Positions 57,351-64,000 of a DNA stretch of 64,000 bases are shown in pieces. Location: assembly GCA_046346885.1 (NCBI GenBank), contig JAXMHI010000008.1, positions 52,049 through 116,048 of the forward strand, written 5' to 3'. Position numbers and translations under genes: made by a program. Position 1 is the stretch's first letter, and every line of letters begins with the position of its first letter. This DNA is from a bacterium. Its GTDB lineage: Bacteria; UBA10199; JADFYH01. The notes under the pieces are model-generated. The model did no database searches. It had not been told where the DNA came from and worked only from the letters and a program-made list of their open reading frames with translations.

Positions 57351-57818
57351 ATGGCAGAAGGCGAAAAAGTCATTGCGACTAACCGCAAGGCCCACTTCAA
57401 CTACGAAATTGTCGAGAAGTTGGAAGCCGGGATCGCCCTCGTGGGCTCCGAGGTGAAGTCGCTTCGAGAAGGCAAGGCGAACCTCTCCGACGCCTATGCG
57501 ATGATCGAGAAGGGGGAGGCCTATCTCTACCACTGCCACATCAGCCCCTACGACAACGCGGGACCCTTCAACCACGAGCCCTTAAGGGTGCGGAAGCTCC
57601 TCTTGCACCGCCGGGAGATCGAAAAGCTCATCGGCAAGACACAGGAAAAGGGTTTCACCCTGGTGCCGACCAAACTTTATTTCAAAAAAGGCCGCGCGAA
57701 AGTGGAGATCGGGCTCGCAAAAGGAAAAAAACTTTACGACAAACGCGAGACGATTAAACGACGCGAACAAGACCGTGAAATGAGCAAAGCGATCAAGCGC
57801 GGGCGCGAACGGGGATAA
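57351..57818 (+). CDS. smpB: SsrA-binding protein SmpB
   Basis: KVIATNRKAHFNYEIVEKLEAGIALVGSEVKSLR is canonical SmpB; 155 aa. Confidence 0.9.
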   Translation: MAEGEKVIATNRKAHFNYEIVEKLEAGIALVGSEVKSLREGKANLSDAYAMIEKGEAYLYHCHISPYDNAGPFNHEPLRVRKLLLHRREIEKLIGKTQEKGFTLVPTKLYFKKGRAKVEIGLAKGKKLYDKRETIKRREQDREMSKAIKRGRERG

Positions 57819-58052
57819 AAAAATATCCTCATAAACCTTTTAAAAACGGACGTTTACTTTTTCTCCTTTCTTTTTTTCTTCCCCAATTTTTCCCGAAGCG
57901 CTCCCGCGATTTTTGACGCGCATGACGGCAAATATCGATGAAATTTGCCTCCGCCGTTTGACACGTCGCATTAATTCGTTGACAACTTTATCCAACTCTG
58001 GTCGAAAATAAATACAGATAGGGGAATAGACTTGAGCAAGGGGGTTAGCCGG

Positions 58053-60608
58053 ATGACGGGCCCAACTAGCTTAGAGTCTAGTCAGGTAGCGCAGATCTTT
58101 AGTCAGTTCCATCTTTACGACGACGGTCCGACCAGTGTTCTTGACCGTTCGGCGGGGATTGGTTCCTCTACTTCTTCCTTCCATAATCCTCTCGGGGAAA
58201 TCGCGGAAAAGCTTAATCAAACCGGTGCCGTGCTTGGTTTGGCCAGCGTCGTTTGTTCGTTCATTCCCCCTCTAAGGCCCATCGGGGTATTAGGCATTAA
58301 TTTCCTTTCCGCTCCCCCCGTGGCCGCCGCGCTTTTGGCGTCCGGTGCTTATTCCATTTACCATCAAATTCCCCAAACCTCCGCGGCCTTCGGGCGCCTC
58401 TTCACTTCCTATTCGAATTCTTCCCATTCCCGTTTCGAAGATCTCCTCCAAGTCTGCGGTTTCGGGGTCGGCGCTTTAGGCATTTGGGTGGGGGCGAGCT
58501 CTTTCACTTTGGGCGGCAAGACCTATCTGGCCACCCGCCGACAACTTCTCGCGGAAGGCTTCGCTCCTCTCGAAGCGTCGCGCACCGCCTATTTACGGGC
58601 CGATGCGGTGAGGCGCGCGGTGCAAGATCCGGAGATCTGGACCCAGTTCGCCCGGGGAAACGTGGCATTAAGTACCGCTCAAAGGGAGTTTTTGTTGAGA
58701 TCCGGCCATGTGTCGGAAGCGATTTTAGTGGGCGGTTCGACCTTGGTGGGAGTGGGAAAATTCGGTTATGGCATAAGCCACCTTTACGATCGTTATCGAC
58801 GTGGAAGCCGGGTCAACGCGGGAGACGTGGGCAATCTGTTGCTGGGTTTTGCCTTGGACGTTTATCCCGGGGTGACCACCTATTTGTATCGGGCCGGCCG
58901 GGGAAATCGCCGTTTCAATCTGGAACCCGCCATGAGCCAAGAGTTGACGAATGAATCCTATCGAAATCCCTCTTTAAGAACCTGGGTTCTCGAAAAATTG
59001 GAGAAAGGTTTGCCGCGGCTTTCTCCGCAGCAAGAGAGGGATTATGTCTCCCAAAGTCAGAGCGATTTGTCGCGCGTGGAGGCCATGCTCGACCGGGCCG
59101 AGGCCCTCCCCATTCTTTCTCAGGACTTGCTGGCATTAAATGAAAGGGGATTTCCCGGCGCCTTGCCGACTTCGATCGTGCCGGCTCCACGCCGCTTTTC
59201 GAGTTCTTCCACGGCCCCGGGGGCGCCTCGCGAGCCGATTTCCCGTCAAGAATTAGGCAATTTTAGCGTCGAACAATTTTATCAGGCTTACTCGGAAGGT
59301 CGGGTGACTCCGACGGAAGTCTTGAAAATGATCCTCGATCATCCCGTCACCCAGAACGGCAGTATTTTTCCGCGTCCCTTGCAGGGCGGAAGATTGAACG
59401 CCCTATTGAGGCGGTCTGCGGAGGAAAGCACGCGGCGCTTCCAACTGGGAACCCCTCGACCCTTGGAGGGGATTTTCGTCGCGGTGAAGGATATTTTTCC
59501 CGGTTTGGACGGCGTCATGCAGGTGGGTTCCAAGACCTCCCGCATTACCGGCATCGATCCGAGTCCGGTGGTGGAAATCCTCAAGGAAATGGGGGCCATC
59601 CCCGTGCCCGTGGGCATGACGGCTGCCGCCAATGGAGGCTCCGGGCTTCACTCGGGATTCGGTTACATTCCCCATCCCACCCGCGAAGGTTATGACCCCG
59701 CCGGTTCTTCTTCGGCGACGGCCCATGTGGTCGGTCTGACGGATTTCCCCATCAACATCGGGATCGGGACCGACACGGGTGGTTCGATCACCGCCCCCGC
59801 CGGCGCAGTGGGGCTCTTCGGCTTCGTGCCTCCCTCGGGCGTCATTTCGACGCGCAACATGGTGCCCTTCGCCACTTTCCTAGACCGGGTGGGCGTTATC
59901 GCCCGCCACGCCCAGGACGGAATGATGCTCGCACGCACCCTCTCGCGTACGGTCGGGGACGACCCGCACATGCGTTTCCAAAACCCCGGTATGCTCTACC
60001 AGCCTTCCACCCAAAAGCCCGTGCTCCTCTATTTGGAGAAGTTGATCACCGAAGCCTCCGAGCAGGCCCGTTATAATTTCGTGCGGCAGCTGGAATACTA
60101 TCGTCGCCACGGCTACGCGGTGATCGGGCTCGACGCGAACTGGAATTTCATCGCTGAGGCGCCCATGCTGCTCTATCCTTTCGACGCCTATTCGGCCGCC
60201 GCCTTTACCCATACCAATCCCCTGCGGCCGACCTTCATGGAACCCCCCCGCAGAACGTTGGACTATAACCTGTTACTTCGCCTGCCTAAGGGAGGAATAG
60301 CGCTTCGTTTCGGGCTTTTCGATCGGGCTCGCCAGCTGTCGTCCCGTTTCCAGGATATCTTGCACCAAAAGATCGGCGGTGATTTCGTGCTTATGTCTCC
60401 TTCGGCCGAGGCAATCACCACCCAAGAGATTTTAAACGGACAAGCGGGAGCCAAACTCGACCATCACGACTTGATCACCATGCAGAAAAACCGGGTTCCC
60501 GATTGGGGCCAGCTCAACTTGCCCACGACCCCCGGTTCACCCGTTGGCGTCGTCTTGACCGGTTCGCTTCCGAATCTGCTTCATTTTACCACGCCTCCTC
60601 CCCAGTGA
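58053..60608 (+). CDS. Amidase-signature family enzyme with a ~400-aa N-terminal membrane-associated extension of unknown function
   Basis: C-terminal half has GSSSATAHVVG...GTDTGGSITAPAG (AS-family cis-Ser/nucleophile-Ser motifs). N-terminal half has 3-4 hydrophobic helices. ATG at 58053 has SD AAGGGGG. Confidence 0.65.
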   Translation: MTGPTSLESSQVAQIFSQFHLYDDGPTSVLDRSAGIGSSTSSFHNPLGEIAEKLNQTGAVLGLASVVCSFIPPLRPIGVLGINFLSAPPVAAALLASGAYSIYHQIPQTSAAFGRLFTSYSNSSHSRFEDLLQVCGFGVGALGIWVGASSFTLGGKTYLATRRQLLAEGFAPLEASRTAYLRADAVRRAVQDPEIWTQFARGNVALSTAQREFLLRSGHVSEAILVGGSTLVGVGKFGYGISHLYDRYRRGSRVNAGDVGNLLLGFALDVYPGVTTYLYRAGRGNRRFNLEPAMSQELTNESYRNPSLRTWVLEKLEKGLPRLSPQQERDYVSQSQSDLSRVEAMLDRAEALPILSQDLLALNERGFPGALPTSIVPAPRRFSSSSTAPGAPREPISRQELGNFSVEQFYQAYSEGRVTPTEVLKMILDHPVTQNGSIFPRPLQGGRLNALLRRSAEESTRRFQLGTPRPLEGIFVAVKDIFPGLDGVMQVGSKTSRITGIDPSPVVEILKEMGAIPVPVGMTAAANGGSGLHSGFGYIPHPTREGYDPAGSSSATAHVVGLTDFPINIGIGTDTGGSITAPAGAVGLFGFVPPSGVISTRNMVPFATFLDRVGVIARHAQDGMMLARTLSRTVGDDPHMRFQNPGMLYQPSTQKPVLLYLEKLITEASEQARYNFVRQLEYYRRHGYAVIGLDANWNFIAEAPMLLYPFDAYSAAAFTHTNPLRPTFMEPPRRTLDYNLLLRLPKGGIALRFGLFDRARQLSSRFQDILHQKIGGDFVLMSPSAEAITTQEILNGQAGAKLDHHDLITMQKNRVPDWGQLNLPTTPGSPVGVVLTGSLPNLLHFTTPPPQ

Positions 60609-60652
60609 AATTCGTCGACAGGGAGCGAAGGTTTCGTTTAGGCTTCTCCGTC

Positions 60653-61168
60653 ATGAGGGCGGATCAGATCATCGAACTTCTCGGTTTGAAGCCGCTGCCC
60701 CAAGAGGGCGGTTTTTTCCGGGAGACCCACCGTGCCTCCGAGGCCCTGGCCGAAGAGGCGCTCGGCGGCCGACACTCGGGAGACCGTCATCTTTCCACCG
60801 CTATCTACTTCCTCATCACCGCGGAACACTTCTCCGCCTTCCATCGCATCGTTCAAGACGAGGTCTTCCATTTTTACTTGGGCGACGCGGTGGAGTTGGT
60901 ACAACTGGACGAAGCGGGCCATTTACAAACAGGGCCTAAACTTTTAGAAGGGCAACGTCCTGGACGATTGTACCCGCGGGAACGTGGCAAGGCTTGCGCG
61001 TGGTCGAGAGTGGGCCCTCTTGGGCACCGTCCGCTTTGCCACAAAGCTTCCGGGATTTTCGAGATCGGAAAGGAAGAACTTCTTGCCCGCTACCCCCAAT
61101 ACCGTGCGGAATCCTCCCGCTTCACTCGGGAGGATAATGGAACAAAGAGCGAAAGCAGTTCTCTGTAA
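60653..61168 (+). CDS. Cupin-fold protein (DUF985-like)
   Basis: MRADQIIELLGLKPLPQEGGFFRETHR...TAIYFLI...FHFYLGD; the distal part of the ORF may be read-through. Confidence 0.45.
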   Translation: MRADQIIELLGLKPLPQEGGFFRETHRASEALAEEALGGRHSGDRHLSTAIYFLITAEHFSAFHRIVQDEVFHFYLGDAVELVQLDEAGHLQTGPKLLEGQRPGRLYPRERGKACAWSRVGPLGHRPLCHKASGIFEIGKEELLARYPQYRAESSRFTREDNGTKSESSSL

Positions 61169-61860
61169 TTTTCACCCTGTCCCATTATTGCGAGAAGGCC
61201 CGTTGGGCGCTCGATTACAAAGGCGTGCCCTACGAGCTGCGCAACCTTATCCCGGTCCGCGCTTTGCTCACCGTCGGCGTAGCTCACAAACGAGCGTTCC
61301 CGTTTGGAAGTACACGAAGGGAGTGGTTCAAGACTCGACGAAATCATTCATTACCTCGACCGGAAGTTTCCCGAGAAACGCTGACTCCCGTTTCGGAAAA
61401 CCTTGAGAAAAAGAAGCGATCGAGCTGGAGATGTTCGACCAGAGGCGGGGTCCATCTCAGGCGCTTCCTCTATCATTTCGTTTTGGAAGATCGCGCTTTG
61501 GCCTCCTTCCTGCTTTTGCAGGATGGCCCTTGGTATGGAAGGGCTTGTATGCCGTCGCTTTCCCCCTGCTTAAGCGCTTGATGCAGAAAACGGATGCGGA
61601 TCAGCGACGAATCCGCCCGTCGTTCTCAGGCCCGCTTGGAAGAAGTTCTGAAAAACTTGGTGAGCAGTGAAGAAAAAGAATTCTTAGTCGGCAATTCTTT
61701 CACCCGCGCCGATCTCACCGCCGCCTCGCTCTTGGCGCCGTTGCGTGCATCCCCGCCGTTTCATGATTTCACCAGCCCGAGGTGCAAGCAATGCTGGGCC
61801 CCTCGCCGAATTCCAAAAGGCCCATCAGGCGGATCCCTTCTTTGATTGGGTTTTGAAAAT
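61137..61860 (+). pseudogene. Glutathione S-transferase-like gene interrupted by at least 3 frameshifts
   Basis: Thioredoxin-like GST N-terminus (MEQRAKAVL / NFTLSHYCEKARWALDYKGVPYELRNL / VQDSTKSFI.YLDRKFPEK) and GST C-terminus (FLVGNSFTRADLTAASLL) lie in three different frames. Confidence 0.45.
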
Positions 61861-61869
61861 GTACCGTGA

Positions 61870-63254
61870 ACATCGCCGTTAGGAGCTTGCTTTTCCCGAA
61901 AAGCTCGGAATTCAGGGAAATCAAAAAAACTCTTTTGTTTTGCTTGCCACCCCTTTGGGGCAGGGCTTATCATTGCCGCCGGGAAATACCTCATGCGGAT
62001 CCGGTATTCGGGGGAATGCGATCGGATTCATGGCATCTCCCCGCGAGGTTCTGCGGAGAAATTTTCGGAAGTGAGACGACGGAGCGAGGCGATCACCACG
62101 GCCGCTTCAGGCGGATGATTACGTCATCCAATCGATGCCGGACGCCCAAATGGCGACGGCGCACCACCTGGTTTTCAGACTTTTCTGCTGATCCCCCATC
62201 TTCCGTCGTATGGTCTACCGCAGTTAATGCCTGTTCGTTCTATTATGGTTTGAGCCAGCATCACCCCCGCGGCGACCGCGGCTTTATCTCGGCCGACGGT
62301 GGAAAAGTATACGTTGGCGCGCGGTGGACCAGGCGATGGAACGGCGATCTCCGGAAGCCAGGAAAAGGAAGGATTTGTTGCCGTCAGCAGGACGCATACC
62401 ATGAGGAGCAGCATCAAAACTGCCCATAGCCGGTCATCACTATCTGTCTTTCCAATCCGCTGCCAGTTTATCAAACTTAAAAGGTTTTCCCCTCTCCGCG
62501 AGAGAAGGAGAAAATCTCTGTTGCATTGGTTTGAATATCCGGAAGGAGTGGTGAAAATTGGGCACGAAGGTTTCGATTTTCCTTCGATAACGAAACGCTA
62601 CGGCATCGCGTCTTCCTCGAAAATTACCGCCTGGCCTCGCGATTGGTGACGAACGGGAATACCTGCGAGTTCATGGAAGAAGGAGGTTATCGCGACGCGC
62701 CCGCATTGGCTTTCCAACAGCGAAGACAGGATGCGGTGCAGCAAAACCGTTGGGAAGCGCCGTTTTATTGGGAGAAGCGGACGGCCAGTGGTGGCGAGAT
62801 GAGCCTTTCCGGCATGCGGCCGGTTGTTCATGAAGAACCGGTGAGTCACGTGAGTTTTTTCGAGGCGGACGCCTATGCCCGCTGGGCGGGAAAGCGCCTG
62901 CCGACGGAGGCGGAATGGGAGAACGCGGTCTTTCCCTTGAAGATTGAGGGAAATTTCTACGAATCCGGTTTTTTAAGCCCTCAAGCGCTTGCGCGCCCTC
63001 GTGAAGGGCATCCCTCCCAGATGTTCGGCGACGTTTGGGAATGGACGGCGAGCCCCTACGTCGCTTATCCCCGCTTCAAGCCCCTTCAAGGGAGCTTCGG
63101 CGAATACAACGGCAAGTTCATGTGCGACCAATGGGTGCTGCGGGGCGGTTGCTGTTTCACGCCCGAATCGCACTTCCGGAAAACGTACCGAAACTTCTTT
63201 CCCTCACACACCCGATGGCAATGCTCGGGCATTCGACTGGCGGAGGACTTATGA
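61870..63254 (+). pseudogene. egtB: Ergothioneine sulfoxide synthase EgtB-like (DinB_2 + FGE-sulfatase), with an intact C-terminal half and frameshifted N-terminal half
   Basis: FDNETLRHRVFLENYRLASRLVTNGNTCEFMEEGGYRD...WEWTASPY...VLRGGCCFT is the EgtB C-terminal FGE domain. Upstream DinB-like fragments (AHH..TTWFSDF) are split across frames. The stop overlaps the egtD ATG (ATGA). Confidence 0.55.
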
Positions 63255-64000
63255 GATCGGCGTTTCAACCGACGGGACTGTGCAAATCCCAAGCGACCTT
63301 CGACTTTCACGATTATCACCCCGCGTTGGACGATTTTTACGGGGAGGTGATGGAAGGCTTAGGCAAAACACCCAAGGCGATCCCTCCCAAATTTTTCTAC
63401 GACGAGCGGGGTTCAGATCTCTTTTTCGCCATCACGAAGGTGCCGGAATATTATCTCACCCGCACCGAGGTGGCGCTCCTCGAGTTGATCACGCCCGAGC
63501 TCGCCGATTTGCTCGAGCGAGGCTGCAACCTCATCGAATACGGCTGTGGCAGCTCGCGCAAGATCCGCATCCTCCTCGACGCGCTCTACCAACCGAGCGC
63601 CTATCTGGCGATCGACATCTCGAAGGAGCACCTGCTCGATCTCTGCCGCTCTTTAGGCTCCCGTTACTCGAATCTCGCCATCAAGGCCATCTGCGCCGAC
63701 TTCACCCGGGCGCTCAAGCTCCCTATCGATTCCCGAGAGCGCAACGTCGCCTTTTTTCCCGGCTCTTCCATCGGTAATTTCGAGCCCGCCGAGGCCCTGT
63801 TGTTTTTGAGAAACGTGAAACAATCGGTGGGAAGGGGAGGGGGAATGATCGTCGGCGTCGATTTGAAGAAAGACCCTCGAATCCTGCACGCCGCCTACAA
63901 CGACTCCCAAGGCGTTACGCGTGATTTCAACCTCAACCTGCTTGAGCGCATCAACCGCGAGTGCGAAGGCACCTTCAACCTCGATGCTTTCGAACACCGA
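63251..64000 (+). CDS. egtD: L-histidine N-alpha-methyltransferase EgtD (partial, runs off the window end)
   Basis: KFFYDERGSDLFFAITKVPEYYLTRTE...IEYGCGSSRKIRILLDAL matches EgtD family motifs (YFYD, PEYY.TR.E, GxG SAM site). Confidence 0.8.
   Translation, partial: MRSAFQPTGLCKSQATFDFHDYHPALDDFYGEVMEGLGKTPKAIPPKFFYDERGSDLFFAITKVPEYYLTRTEVALLELITPELADLLERGCNLIEYGCGSSRKIRILLDALYQPSAYLAIDISKEHLLDLCRSLGSRYSNLAIKAICADFTRALKLPIDSRERNVAFFPGSSIGNFEPAEALLFLRNVKQSVGRGGGMIVGVDLKKDPRILHAAYNDSQGVTRDFNLNLLERINRECEGTFNLDAFEHR

Noticed and set aside
57819-58031. Looked for the tmRNA gene (ssrA) beside smpB
   Set aside because: No GGGGCTGATTCTGGATTCGACG 5' end or tRNA-Ala-like 3' end was found on either side of smpB; ssrA is apparently elsewhere.
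62989-63777. 262-aa Arg/Pro-rich ORF on the plus strand
   Set aside because: It is an alternative frame of the egtB C-terminus and egtD. Low-complexity Arg-rich translation; the real genes are in the other frames.

Overview
This is a 64-kb window from a high-GC bacterial chromosome, mixing core genes with at least two accessory stretches.

Core content readable from the sequence:
- A heme operon, hemE-hemN-hemH, on the minus strand.
- ptsP (GAF-Enzyme I), radA, rpmE, prfA-arfB-prmC, murA, hisD, hisBH, a bioBFAD operon with a BirA-type operator, a class II (B12) ribonucleotide reductase with tandem NrdR boxes, an mltD-like lytic transglycosylase, smpB, and a partial egtB/egtD.
- Three tRNA genes: a divergent tRNA-Ser pair and tRNA-Arg.

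Accessory content (about 17.2-35.3 kb and 53-57.3 kb):
- A 39-bp direct repeat of the tRNA-Arg 3' half brackets a ~2-kb islet carrying one secreted beta-helix/DUF11 protein with a C-terminal sorting-like tail.
- Next to it lies a GT2 glycosyltransferase and a DUF2142-like membrane protein.
- The most striking feature is a three-member paralog family at 21.6-34.3 kb. All three share a ~200-aa N-terminal module of unknown function. Two fuse it to Pro-rich linker - Ser/Thr kinase (DWG variant) - PEGA - Cys-less FGE-sulfatase-like domain (1237 and 1293 aa). One fuses it to a tandem GNAT-like pair (818 aa).
- The N-module DNA of paralogs B and C forms a near-identical ~590-bp inverted repeat flanking a 6.7-kb segment that contains corA.
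- Each kinase paralog is followed by a small secreted Pro/Gln tandem-repeat protein preceded by a long AT-rich upstream region with shared motifs.
- A 1669-aa fusion of a non-RD Ser/Thr kinase, P-loop, TPR, GAF and sigma54-activator sits divergent from a near-consensus sigma54 promoter. That promoter drives a small peptide plus two tandem paralogous lipoproteins of unknown function.

Several localized frameshifts (GST-like gene, egtB, mltD) suggest either pseudogenization or consensus errors. No CRISPR array, integrase or transposase was found.
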